DNA of 64,000 nucleotides from Acidimicrobiia bacterium (GTDB lineage Bacteria; Actinomycetota; Acidimicrobiia; Spongiisociales; ZC4RG35). Under the pieces are notes generated by a model that did no database searches, had not been told where the DNA came from, and was given only the letters and a program-made list of their open reading frames with translations. The stretch's first letter is position 1. Each line of letters starts with the position of its first letter. Of this stretch, positions 37,544 through 47,023 are shown piece by piece. The position numbers and the translations under genes were made by a program. The stretch spans positions 8,417-72,416 of the forward strand of contig JBGTFH010000057.1 in NCBI GenBank assembly GCA_041747375.1, in the 5' to 3' direction.

Positions 37544-39541
37544 TCACGCCGTTTCGGCGGTGCCTACGAGCCGGCGCAGTGTGCTGGTGAGGACCCCCTG
37601 GCGGAGGTCGAATTTGTCGAGATAGGCATCGACTCCAGCGGTCCAGGCGTCCTGTTTTTCCTCGGTAGTCGCAACCCCCGAGACCATGACAATGGGAACA
37701 TCGACGTCAGACCGGCGTAATGCGCGGACCAGCTCGGCCCCGTTCGAACGGGGCATGGAGTAGTCAACGACCAATGCGTCGAAGTTTTCTTCGGCCATCG
37801 CCATAACGGCCTCCCGGGCTCCGCCGGCAACGGTCACATCAAACCCATCTCCGTTGAGTGTGGCCGACAACAACTGCCGGACACCCGCAGAGTCGTCGAC
37901 CACCAGCACTTTCGGCCGCAAATTCACGGGCCGCGGGGTTCGACCGGCGAACTTACCCAGGAAATTCGGATCGAGAACGACGAGGACCTGGCCAGCCCCG
38001 AGCAGCGCAGCTCCCGTCACGTGGCCCACTCCTTCGAGAATGGGACCCAGGTTCTTGACTGCGACACGACGACGGTCGACCATTTCGTCGACGGCGACCG
38101 CGACTGTGCCGACCCGGGTGTTCACGATGACTATCTCTCGCTCCTCGGAGGCACCCTCCGTCCCGACCGCCTCGGAGAGCGAGACAACAGGTACCCCGCC
38201 GGATTGGAAATGAAGGACCCGGCCGGACGGAGTTGTCCTGATTTCGGCCTTGGACAGAGGCATGGAAGCCTCGACTGAGGCTTCGGGCAATCCCCAAAAT
38301 TGCTCACCGGAGACGACGACGACGACATTCTGCAACACCATCGACACGGGGAGTTTCAGCGTCACCCTCGTCCCGACGCCGGGTTGGGTTTCGAGGTGCA
38401 GAACACCTCTGACCTTTTCGACGGACTCCCGCACGGCGTCGAGACCCTCTCCGGACCCCGAGAACTCAGTGGGGGTCTCGACCGTAGTGAACCCGGGATG
38501 AAACAGAATCGGCGTCAGGTCAGGGGGTAGCGGGGTAAGCCCACGCTCGGAGGCCACCTCGGCCACCCGGTCCCAGTCGATACCCGACCCGTCGTCGGCT
38601 ACCGAGATTTCGACCTTCCCATCGACCGTGTGGATTCCGACGGAAACGGTCCCGGTTGCCTGTTTGCCATTGGCCAGGCGGATAGCGGCGCCTTCGATGC
38701 CGTGGTCGATCGCGTTGACGAGCAGGTGCCTGATTGGTTCACGGAGAAGGTCAACTATCTGGCGATCCAGTTGCACTGGCTCCCCGACGAGGTCGAGCCG
38801 AACATCCTTGCCGATGCGGCGACCGAGGTAGCGGACGAACTGAGGAAACGTAGAGGTGACTTCGGCGAAGCTGACGTTGGCCAGAGCCACCGCCTGGTCC
38901 TGGATCTCGCCTATCGATGAGCTGAGACCGCCGAGCTGGCTGCGCCAGGCCTTGCGGAACAGTTCGGGATCGGCGCCCTCGATGGAAACCAGTGAAAGGT
39001 CAGCCAGCGCGTCAGCATCCAACGACACCTCGACCACCCGATTGATCAAGCGGTACAACTCACCCGTGTCCACCCTGGTGACACCACCCAACAACGACTG
39101 CGATACCGAAGAGAGAAGACCGCCGAGTGACCCCGACTCGGGTTGAGTCAGCGTAAGGACATCGTCAGAGTCTGTGCCGTCTTCGATCCCCTCGAGCAGC
39201 TTCTTGATCAGCGGGGCGATCTCACGCCCGTCGTCGTCGATCGATGACGGGAGGCGGCCGGCGACAGCCTCCATTGCCACAACGATGTCGGAACCCGGTG
39301 CCCGGCCGGTCGAGACGGTACGCCACAACTCCTCGAGACAGGTGGCCGCTTCCCGGATCCGATCGTATCCGAGCAAACCGGATGAACCCTTGATGGTGTG
39401 GGCGTCGCGGATCAGATCGGGGACGTCGTTCGCTGCCAGGGTGCGGTCGCGTAGTGCGCGAGCGCCCACCACTAACCGGTCCGACCTTTGCTGAAGCTCA
39501 TCACGAAAGATTCTGGTGAGCTCAGGAGTGTTCATATCCAA
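37544..39541 (-). CDS. CheA-like hybrid histidine kinase (Hpt-dimerisation-HATPase-CheW-receiver)
   Basis: 665-aa ORF. Hpt motif DAHTIKGSSG, P3-like TRVDTGELYRLINRVVEV, HATPase (NAIDHGIE, DDGSGID, GSGEGLD), CheW-like segment, and C-terminal REC (KVLVVDDS ... LVVDYSMP ... DAYLDK). Confidence 0.85.
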   Translation of the reverse strand: MDMNTPELTRIFRDELQQRSDRLVVGARALRDRTLAANDVPDLIRDAHTIKGSSGLLGYDRIREAATCLEELWRTVSTGRAPGSDIVVAMEAVAGRLPSSIDDDGREIAPLIKKLLEGIEDGTDSDDVLTLTQPESGSLGGLLSSVSQSLLGGVTRVDTGELYRLINRVVEVSLDADALADLSLVSIEGADPELFRKAWRSQLGGLSSSIGEIQDQAVALANVSFAEVTSTFPQFVRYLGRRIGKDVRLDLVGEPVQLDRQIVDLLREPIRHLLVNAIDHGIEGAAIRLANGKQATGTVSVGIHTVDGKVEISVADDGSGIDWDRVAEVASERGLTPLPPDLTPILFHPGFTTVETPTEFSGSGEGLDAVRESVEKVRGVLHLETQPGVGTRVTLKLPVSMVLQNVVVVVSGEQFWGLPEASVEASMPLSKAEIRTTPSGRVLHFQSGGVPVVSLSEAVGTEGASEEREIVIVNTRVGTVAVAVDEMVDRRRVAVKNLGPILEGVGHVTGAALLGAGQVLVVLDPNFLGKFAGRTPRPVNLRPKVLVVDDSAGVRQLLSATLNGDGFDVTVAGGAREAVMAMAEENFDALVVDYSMPRSNGAELVRALRRSDVDVPIVMVSGVATTEEKQDAWTAGVDAYLDKFDLRQGVLTSTLRRLVGTAETA

Positions 39542-39691
39542 ATAATTTCCCTGGCCTTTTGGGCGTTATCGGCAAATCAGGGGTTGTCTTGAATGGTGCA
39601 TTTCACACTGACGACGAGGAGCAATGACGAAGACCCGACAATGTCCCCTTGACACGTCATCCTGTTGCAGAAACGTTGCCGTTTGTGCCGG

Positions 39692-41233
39692 CTATTCCCA
39701 CTCGATGGTGGCCGGCGGCTTGCTCGAAATGTCGTAAGCGACCCGGTTGATTCCGGGAACTTCATTGATGATCCGGGACGACATCTTCTCGAGCAGGTCA
39801 TACGGAAGTCGGGCCCAATCTGCGGTCATCGCATCCTCCGAGGTGACTGCCCTGATTATCAGCGGGTAGGCATATGTCCGGCCGTCGCCTTGGACACCAA
39901 CAGTCTTCACGGCCGGTAATACCCCGAACGCTTGCCAGATGTCCCTGGTCAGGCCGGCACGCTTGATCTCTTCGGCGACTATACGGTCGGCCGAACGAAG
40001 TAAATCGAGGCGCTCCGTGGTGATATCGCCGATGATCCGGACGGCGAGCCCCGGTCCGGGGAACGGCTGTCGCCACACGATGTCCTCGGGCAAGCCAAGT
40101 TCCTCGCCCACCGCCCTGACCTCGTCCTTGAACAAATCACGGAGCGGTTCGACGAGTTCAAATTCCATGTCGTCGGGCAGGCCCCCGACGTTGTGATGGG
40201 TCTTGATGGTCGCCGCCGTACCCGAACCCGACTCGATGACATCGGGATACAGTGTCCCTTGTACGAGGAATCTGGCATCGCCAACCGATTCGGCGGCCTC
40301 TTCGAAGACCCGGATGAACTCTCCCCCGATGATTTTCCTCTTCTCTTCCGGGTCGGTGACTCCGGCCAGCTTCTCCAGAAAACGATCTGCCGCTTTGACG
40401 TGTATCAGGTCGACGTCGAAGTTGGAGCGAAAGGTCTCCTCGACCTGCTCGGCTTCACCAAAGCGCATCAGACCGTGATCGACGAAGATACAGGTGAGCT
40501 GGTCACCTACCGCAGCGTGAACCAGGGCCGCTGCGACGGCGGAATCGACTCCGCCGGATAGGCCACAGACCACTTTGGCGGTGCCTACCTGACGCCGGAT
40601 TGCATCAACCTGTTGCTCGATGATCGAGTGGCTGGTCCAATCCGGGGCGAGGTCGCACACGTCGTAGAGGAATCGTTTGAGGATTTCTCCGCCTCTCGGC
40701 GTGTGACCAACCTCAGGGTGAAATTGAACACCGAACAGGGCCCGATCCCGGTCCTCCATCGTGGCCACTGCCGCTCCGGGGGTCGTGGCCACCGCAGTAA
40801 AACCAGGTGGCGGCCGTGTGACCTGATCCTGATGGGACATCCAAACTGTCTGCTCGCGGGGTAGGTCGTGGAGCAGAAAACTATCCCCGGTTACTGTCAG
40901 GGCCGCTTTTCCATACTCGCCAGCACCCGTGTTGGTGACGTCACCGCCCGCGATGTCCGCCATCAACTGATGGCCGTAGCAAATTCCCAAAACCGGAATC
41001 CCCAGTTCGAGGATTGCGGGATCCATCCGATAAGCATCCTCGGCATAGACCGAGGCCGGTCCGCCCGAGAGAATCAGCCCGCCGGGGCGGCGCCGCCTGA
41101 CCTCGGCGGCTGAGATATCGCGCGCCACGATTTCAGAGTGGACGTGGGCCTCACGGACCCGCCTCGCGATCAGTTGGGCATACTGGGCACCAAAGTCGAG
41201 GACCAGAACAGTCTCGTTCTCGACATTTCTCAT
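39692..41233 (-). CDS. guaA: GMP synthase (glutamine-hydrolysing)
   Basis: 513-aa ORF with GICYGHQLM GATase Cys, [10 protein letters not shown]-loop, C-terminal PPATIEWE. Confidence 0.95.
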   Translation of the reverse strand: MRNVENETVLVLDFGAQYAQLIARRVREAHVHSEIVARDISAAEVRRRRPGGLILSGGPASVYAEDAYRMDPAILELGIPVLGICYGHQLMADIAGGDVTNTGAGEYGKAALTVTGDSFLLHDLPREQTVWMSHQDQVTRPPPGFTAVATTPGAAVATMEDRDRALFGVQFHPEVGHTPRGGEILKRFLYDVCDLAPDWTSHSIIEQQVDAIRRQVGTAKVVCGLSGGVDSAVAAALVHAAVGDQLTCIFVDHGLMRFGEAEQVEETFRSNFDVDLIHVKAADRFLEKLAGVTDPEEKRKIIGGEFIRVFEEAAESVGDARFLVQGTLYPDVIESGSGTAATIKTHHNVGGLPDDMEFELVEPLRDLFKDEVRAVGEELGLPEDIVWRQPFPGPGLAVRIIGDITTERLDLLRSADRIVAEEIKRAGLTRDIWQAFGVLPAVKTVGVQGDGRTYAYPLIIRAVTSEDAMTADWARLPYDLLEKMSSRIINEVPGINRVAYDISSKPPATIEWE

Positions 41234-41261
41234 CCCCGTGTCTCGTCAGTCGAGCCCGGCC

Positions 41262-42425
41262 TCATCCCATCCCGACGTTTTGGCTGCGTTGGAGAGATTT
41301 ACCCTCGGTTTGTAGAGATGGGGCAATCATCACTTCGGCCTTCTGGAACTCCTTTACATCGGAATACCCGGTAGTCGCCATGGACATCTGGAGTCCGCCG
41401 AAGAGGTTGAGCTTTCCATCATTTTCATGTGCCGGGCCCACGAGGATCTCCTTGAGAGTCCCACGATTTCCTACCTTGACCCTGGCCCCCCGAGGCAGAG
41501 TGGGGTGGAAAGTAGCCATGCCCCAGTGAAACCCCGCGCCCGGTGCTTCGCTGGCCGATGCCAATGGTGAGCCGATCATCACTGCATCGGCACCGCAAGC
41601 TATTGCTTTGGACACGTCACCACCGGTGCGCATCCCGCCGTCGGCGATCACATGGACGTACCGACCCGTTTCGTCGAGGTACCTGATCCGCGCCCCGGCC
41701 GCGTCGGCGATGGCAGTGGCCTGTGGCACTCCTACACCGAGGACCCCCCGGGTTGTACAAGCGGCTCCAGGCCCGACACCAACGAGAACGCCAATCGCTC
41801 CTGTCCTCATCAGATGGAGCGCTGTCGAATAACTCGCACACCCACCGACGATGACAGGTATCGGGCAATTGGCGATGTATTCCTTCAAGTTGAGGGGCTC
41901 GGAACGCGTGGATACGTGCTCAGCGGACACCACCGTTCCCTGAATCACCAAAATGTCTAGACCGGCATCGAGGGCGTGCGATGCCCAGGATCGAATCCGC
42001 TGCGGCGTCAGCGATGCCGCAGTCACTATTCCTGCGGCCTTCATTTCTGTGATCCGTTGCCCGATGAGATCGGAATTGACCGGAGCAAGGTAGATCTCCT
42101 GCATCCGGAGAGTCGCCTTCTCGTTGTCGAGTTCGGAAATCTCCTCGAAATAGGGCATGGGGTCTTCGTATCTGGTCCACAGGCCCTCCAGATTGAGAAC
42201 GCCGAGCCCGCCGAGTTCTCCGATCTTCACGGCTGTTTCCGGGCTGATCGCCGAATCCATGGCCGAACCCATCATGGGCAGTGAGAACTTGAAGGCGTCC
42301 AGCTGCCACGAGATATCTACGTCGTCGGGATCGCGGGTTCGCCGCGAAGGCACAATTGCGATGTCATCGAAGCCGAAGGCCTGACGCCCCGACTTGCCGA
42401 TCCCGATCTCTATCTCCACAAACAT
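41262..42425 (-). CDS. guaB3: GuaB3-type IMP dehydrogenase-related protein (no CBS pair)
   Basis: 387-aa ORF with [21 protein letters not shown]-terminus and a TIM-barrel IMPDH-like core ([17 protein letters not shown]) without a CBS insertion. Confidence 0.85.
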   Translation of the reverse strand: MFVEIEIGIGKSGRQAFGFDDIAIVPSRRTRDPDDVDISWQLDAFKFSLPMMGSAMDSAISPETAVKIGELGGLGVLNLEGLWTRYEDPMPYFEEISELDNEKATLRMQEIYLAPVNSDLIGQRITEMKAAGIVTAASLTPQRIRSWASHALDAGLDILVIQGTVVSAEHVSTRSEPLNLKEYIANCPIPVIVGGCASYSTALHLMRTGAIGVLVGVGPGAACTTRGVLGVGVPQATAIADAAGARIRYLDETGRYVHVIADGGMRTGGDVSKAIACGADAVMIGSPLASASEAPGAGFHWGMATFHPTLPRGARVKVGNRGTLKEILVGPAHENDGKLNLFGGLQMSMATTGYSDVKEFQKAEVMIAPSLQTEGKSLQRSQNVGMG

Positions 42426-42497
42426 CCTCCGCCGGTGAGTTCGGGCAAGGGTAACAGGGCAGATGCCGATGGATTCAGTACTCTGCGCCGTCGTGAC

Positions 42498-43214
42498 ATG
42501 ACCGACCTACCCACCCCACCCCGAACCTGGTCGTACGTCGACTTCATACTCGTCATCCTCGGAGGGTTTCTCGGGGCGGGTGCCTTTGCTGCCTTGGGAT
42601 TCTTCATTGAAAACGATGAGGCGTTCATCATTCTCGCCCTTGCCGGACAGTACGTCGGGCACCTCTTCGTGTTCTGGCTCATCAATCGTTCGAAACCTCC
42701 GAACTCTTTGGGACTCGAGGCTCACGGACGCGACACTGTCTATGTCGTTGCCGGCGTCGGACTCCAACTGGCCATTTCGATCCTCTTTCTTCCAGTGGTG
42801 CTGTTGCTCTTCCCTGATGGAGGGCCGGCACAGGAGATCGGGTCGGTCATGTCCGGTCTGAATTCGACTGCGGCGCGGATCGGGGCGCTATTCATCTCGG
42901 TTGTCCTGGCCCCTGTCACCGAGGAAATTGCCTTTCGAGGAGTTTTGATCAAGGCGCTTGGGGCCAGGTCCAATCTCAAAATAATTGTCATCAGTGCCGC
43001 GGTTTTCTCCCTTTTTCACGTGGCCGGACTGGCGACGGGTAACTTCGCTCAGGCGGCGGCCATCGTCCTTCCCCAGCTGTTCATCGTCGGGGTAGCCCTG
43101 GCATGGCTGACGCTACGTTCCGGCCGGTTGGGACCGGCCATCTTCCTCCACAGTGGGTTCAACTTGCTGGCGGCAATCGTGCTGTTGTTGCCGGCCGACC
43201 TGGTCGACGTTTAG
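42498..43214 (+). CDS. CPBP family intramembrane metalloprotease
   Basis: EEIAFRG and FSLFH motifs, multi-TM. The listed start 42435 lies 9 nt from divergent guaB3, so the ATG at 42498 is preferred. Start is uncertain. Confidence 0.75.
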   Translation: MTDLPTPPRTWSYVDFILVILGGFLGAGAFAALGFFIENDEAFIILALAGQYVGHLFVFWLINRSKPPNSLGLEAHGRDTVYVVAGVGLQLAISILFLPVVLLLFPDGGPAQEIGSVMSGLNSTAARIGALFISVVLAPVTEEIAFRGVLIKALGARSNLKIIVISAAVFSLFHVAGLATGNFAQAAAIVLPQLFIVGVALAWLTLRSGRLGPAIFLHSGFNLLAAIVLLLPADLVDV

Positions 43215-43218
43215 GCGT

Positions 43219-44202
43219 CTAGCCGAGGCCAACCGCCCGCCGGACTGGTGCCATCTCCAACTCGGCCCGACCACGGGCGATTTCACCGTTCCCGGCCATC
43301 AGCGTGATGACGTCGTTTGTGTCCAGGGCACGGAAGGATTCCGAAATCGGGTGGAGACCCTGGGCAATCGCCTCTCCGACCGCAAGTTTGAACGCTCCGT
43401 ATCCGGAGTCGGCGTACTCACCGGCGAGATCTTCCACCGACCGATCCGTGAAGAGGGCGAACAACTCGAGGAGATTGGAGATCCCGGGCTTTTTCTCCCA
43501 GTCGTAGCCGACTTCAGACCCGGTATCCGTGACCGCCGCTTTGACCTTCTTCATTATCTGGTCGGTGGTGTCGGTGAGCAGAATGCGGCTCTTCGGCGAA
43601 GGGTCCGACTTGGACATCTTCGAAGTCGGGTCGGTGAGCGACATCACCCGGGCCCCGATCTCCGGTGTGATTCTCTCCGGCACTGGGAAGATGTCGCCGA
43701 AACGGTCGTTGAACCGAACCGCCAGGTCGCGTGTCAATTCGAGGTGTTGCGTCTGGTCATCGCCTACTGGCACGGCTTGCACTTTGTGGATCAAGATGTC
43801 GGCGGCCATGAGGACGGGATAGGAAAGCAAACCCAGGTTCTGCCCGGCTCGATCGGCCTTCTCCTTGAACTGAGTCATCCGCTCTAGCTGTCCGATCCCG
43901 GTGAGAGTGCCGAGGATCCAGGTCAGTTCACTGTGTTGGGGAACGTCCGACTGGAAATAGAGCAACGACCTCCGGGGGTCGACACCAACCGCCAACACCA
44001 TCTTCGCCGTCTCGACCCTCTGCCTCGACAGTGCAGCAGGCTCATAGGGCAACGTCATGGCATGGAGGTCGACAACGCAGTAGATGGTCTCATACTCATC
44101 CTGCATCGAGACCCAGTTCTTCAGCGCCCCTACATAATTGCCCAGATGCAGGTCACCCGTGGGTTGGATCCCGGAAAAGACTCTCTTGTTCTCAGTCATC
44201 AC
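43219..44202 (-). CDS. trpS: tryptophanyl-tRNA synthetase
   Basis: 327-aa ORF with GDLHLGNY (HIGH-type) and KMSKS motifs. GTG at 44202 is immediately followed by ATG at 44199. Confidence 0.95.
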   Translation of the reverse strand: MMTENKRVFSGIQPTGDLHLGNYVGALKNWVSMQDEYETIYCVVDLHAMTLPYEPAALSRQRVETAKMVLAVGVDPRRSLLYFQSDVPQHSELTWILGTLTGIGQLERMTQFKEKADRAGQNLGLLSYPVLMAADILIHKVQAVPVGDDQTQHLELTRDLAVRFNDRFGDIFPVPERITPEIGARVMSLTDPTSKMSKSDPSPKSRILLTDTTDQIMKKVKAAVTDTGSEVGYDWEKKPGISNLLELFALFTDRSVEDLAGEYADSGYGAFKLAVGEAIAQGLHPISESFRALDTNDVITLMAGNGEIARGRAELEMAPVRRAVGLG

Positions 44203-44221
44203 TCATACCTCAATCACTCAC

Positions 44222-44252
44222 AAAAAAACCGTCGGGGTGACACCGCCGACGG
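44222..44252 (-). terminator. intrinsic terminator-like hairpin plus U7 tract
   Basis: Minus strand: CCGTCGG-(10-nt loop)-CCGACGG followed by TTTTTTT. Lies 74 nt after the stop of the upstream gene and 19 nt before the trpS start. Confidence 0.6.
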
Positions 44253-44326
44253 TAAACGAGTACGTGCGCCGGTGCCTATGGGTTCAGACTCCAACGCCGG
44301 GTCGAAAAACTCACGATTGGGACACG

Positions 44327-45352
44327 TTAACGAGCGGTCTCCGAGATATCAACGCCCTGCCCTTGCAGGTAGGCCTCCTCTGATTCGAGAAGACCCCATG
44401 CTCCGTGGACCTTTAACCCTGTCACCAGGGCGTGGCCGCTCTCCGAAACGAATCTGGTAGCCGAGAGGGCCGTCGAACTGAGGTCGGCACCCGATAGATC
44501 GGCGGCGCCAAACCGGGTCCCTTCCAGATCGGACCCGGACAGATCGGCACCGCTGAGTTGTGCGCCGGTCAGGTCGCTGAGGGATAGGTTGGACTCTCTG
44601 AGGTCGGCGTCGGTCAGGTCGACCCCGCGAAGATCACAATTCTTCAGGTAGATCCTTCGCAGGTCCTTCGATTTGGGGGCCCACTGACGTAGGTCCAGGC
44701 CGAGAAGGACCCTGCCTCGATACTTGTCATATGAGTCGGCTGTGAGGAATCGGTCCACCTGGTCCGGGCGGATCGATCCCGATGTAAACCTCTCGGTGCC
44801 ACTTGTTGGATCGGCATTCGGGTGATAGGAGGAGTTGACCTCCCACCAACCCGGGCGATCCTCTTCCAACACAACGATCTTTCTCAACCACTTGATCGAT
44901 TTGTAGAAATATCGGCCGGGGGTGACCACACGAACCGGTCCCCCATGCTCGATGTCGAGCGGTTCGCCATCGAACGCATGCACTACCCATGAATGCTCGA
45001 GAGCCAGGTCGAGGGGTAAGGACGTATGGTGACCCCGATCACTGTACGCCTCGAAAGACACGAAGTTGGCCGCGCTTTCCACACCCGACGGGGAGAGGAG
45101 CTCCCGGAGTGGTATGCCGGTGAATCGGGAATCGAAACGAGTCCATGAGGTGACGCAATGGATGTCAAATACCAGATCCCTGGTAGCCAGATCGAGGAAT
45201 CCCCGAAGATCGCATGTCATCGGGTTGGCGACGGCACCCTCGATCTCGAGGGCCCAACTTCCAGGGTTGGAAGCCAGGTCAGAAGATGGCGCTCGCTCCC
45301 CGACCACCGGAAACCGCCTGGTCTCGATTTGACCCGGCGGGAGCCGGTTCAA
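44327..45352 (-). CDS. sulfite-oxidase-family molybdopterin oxidoreductase fused to a pentapeptide-repeat domain
   Basis: Mo-domain motifs IHCVTSWTRFDSRFTGIPL and GGPVRVVTPGRYFYKSIKWLRKI. C-terminal A(D/N)LXX repeats (CDLRGVDLTDADLRESNLSLSDLTGAQLSGADLSGSDLEGTRFGAADLSGADLS). Start set at the TTG at 45352 (TTGA overlap with the LCP stop). The upstream 207 codons of the listed 548-aa ORF overlap the LCP gene out of frame. Confidence 0.75.
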   Translation of the reverse strand: MNRLPPGQIETRRFPVVGERAPSSDLASNPGSWALEIEGAVANPMTCDLRGFLDLATRDLVFDIHCVTSWTRFDSRFTGIPLRELLSPSGVESAANFVSFEAYSDRGHHTSLPLDLALEHSWVVHAFDGEPLDIEHGGPVRVVTPGRYFYKSIKWLRKIVVLEEDRPGWWEVNSSYHPNADPTSGTERFTSGSIRPDQVDRFLTADSYDKYRGRVLLGLDLRQWAPKSKDLRRIYLKNCDLRGVDLTDADLRESNLSLSDLTGAQLSGADLSGSDLEGTRFGAADLSGADLSSTALSATRFVSESGHALVTGLKVHGAWGLLESEEAYLQGQGVDISETAR

Positions 45353-46407
45353 CCCGATTCTCCCGGGCCCCTCTCCAACGTCGGGCCATCCAGGAAATCT
45401 GCAACGATCGAGGACGGGTCGACCACCGACTTGAGTACCGCCGCCCCGGACGGCGAGATGAAATCGGTGACCTGCAACTCCAGTTCGACGACACCCGACG
45501 TTCCGAGCCCCCGGATCGTCGTAGCGAGGCCCACGGCATCCATCAAGGTGAGGTCTTGATCGACGGTGACGAAAGGTGCGACCGCCTGGGCAACGCCAAT
45601 GATGTCCTGCGGGTTGGAAAAGTCTCCGAGACGGCTCATCATGAAAATCATGAACTCTCTTTGCCTCTCGTTTCGGGTCAAGTCGGATACACCCACCACC
45701 GTCCTCCAGCCATCTTCGGATAGTTCCTGGGTGTGACGCGAGCGCAGCCACGCCAGGGTCTGGGCACCATCGGCGAGTGTGCATCCTTGCGGTAGAGAGA
45801 GCTGGGATCGTTCGTCTCGCACCGCGTACTCGACGCAGATCTCGTAACCGCCCACTGCATCTACAGCGCTCTGAAATCCTGCTAGATCGACCAATGCGAA
45901 GTGGTCGACAGGCACGCCAATCAGATTCTCTACTGTCTCGACGACGACGCTCGGGCCGTTCATCGTCTCGCATCCCTCGAGAGCCTCATTGATCCGATAC
46001 TCCCCGTCACCGCAGACCCTGTCGACCCAGAGGTCCCTGGGAAGAGAGAGGATTCCCAGCTTGCCGTCGGCGGAACGGTCACGAATCAAAACGAGGACTA
46101 CATCAGCACGCCCTCCGTCGAAGTCACCAAAACCCTCAGTGTCGTCCAGGTCGCTGCGTGAGTCCGAGCCGACCAGGACGCTGACATCCAGCCCATCGCC
46201 TGAAGGGGGCACGGTGATCTGGGCGGGGTCATCGACGGTGGAGACTGTCGGCTCGTCATCGGGGACCTCGTCCTCACCCGCGGCGGTGGGTTGGTTGATG
46301 GCGACCCGATTGACATCGCTCCAGGTGGTCGCGACCAAATAGAAGCCGCCGCCTACGACGAGGGCTAACAAGACGGCACCAGCAATCAGTACGCGTTTTC
46401 GGGTCAA
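45349..46407 (-). CDS. LytR-CpsA-Psr (LCP) family cell-envelope phosphotransferase
   Basis: 352-aa ORF with N-terminal TM anchor and GGRADVVLVLIRD ... ILSLPRDLWV motifs. Confidence 0.85.
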   Translation of the reverse strand: MTRKRVLIAGAVLLALVVGGGFYLVATTWSDVNRVAINQPTAAGEDEVPDDEPTVSTVDDPAQITVPPSGDGLDVSVLVGSDSRSDLDDTEGFGDFDGGRADVVLVLIRDRSADGKLGILSLPRDLWVDRVCGDGEYRINEALEGCETMNGPSVVVETVENLIGVPVDHFALVDLAGFQSAVDAVGGYEICVEYAVRDERSQLSLPQGCTLADGAQTLAWLRSRHTQELSEDGWRTVVGVSDLTRNERQREFMIFMMSRLGDFSNPQDIIGVAQAVAPFVTVDQDLTLMDAVGLATTIRGLGTSGVVELELQVTDFISPSGAAVLKSVVDPSSIVADFLDGPTLERGPGESG

Positions 46408-46465
46408 GGGAGTTCCGCCACGAGATCCAATTCTATGCCGGGAAACGAGATTTGCGACTTGAGTG

Positions 46466-46993
46466 TTAAGCGAGCCCGACGAGAAGGCGCACCATTAGTG
46501 CAGTTGCCCCCCACAAAGTATCGGTTCCCAGGTCGAAATACCACACTTTCCATCCCTCCCAGGGGACGTAGGCCCACAGGTCAGGATTGGCAAGGTCAAC
46601 GAGCCGGGGTGTGTAGATCCTGGCGACCTCGCGCTCAGACGGCACCAGGCCCAATGGGGTGGCTATCCGGGCGACCACCGGAACCACCATGAGCGAGAAC
46701 TCCCTGGTGTCGATCGGCTCGAGAAATCCGAGAACCGTAACCTGGCCCTCCTCGATCCCGACTTCTTCGTGCGCCTCTCGCAACGCCGTGTCAACCGGGC
46801 CATCGTCCCCGGCGTCGGGGCGTCCCCCGGGAAACGCGATGTGGCCGGCGTGTGTGGGCATCGTGTCCGGGCGCTTGGTCAGGACCACCCTTATCTCGCC
46901 GTGCTCGTCTTCGAACAGCGGGACGAGGACCGCCGCCTGAAGCTTCTCACCTGGTGAAGGAAACGAATCCTGGAGATGAATCTGGTCCCACAT
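46466..46993 (-). CDS. NUDIX hydrolase (CoA pyrophosphatase-like)
   Basis: 175-aa ORF with Nudix box GGRPDAGDDGPVDTALREAHEEVGI. Confidence 0.8.
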   Translation of the reverse strand: MWDQIHLQDSFPSPGEKLQAAVLVPLFEDEHGEIRVVLTKRPDTMPTHAGHIAFPGGRPDAGDDGPVDTALREAHEEVGIEEGQVTVLGFLEPIDTREFSLMVVPVVARIATPLGLVPSEREVARIYTPRLVDLANPDLWAYVPWEGWKVWYFDLGTDTLWGATALMVRLLVGLA

Positions 46994-47023
46994 TGCGAGA
47001 TCAGGTTACGGTTTGAATAGGCT

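Noticed and set aside
44327-45973. Listed 548-aa ORF read as a single protein
   Set aside because: Its first 207 codons are Arg/Gly/Pro-rich and overlap the well-supported LCP gene (45349-46407) in another frame. The recognisable Mo-oxidoreductase domain begins right after the LCP stop, so the gene was shortened to 44327-45352.
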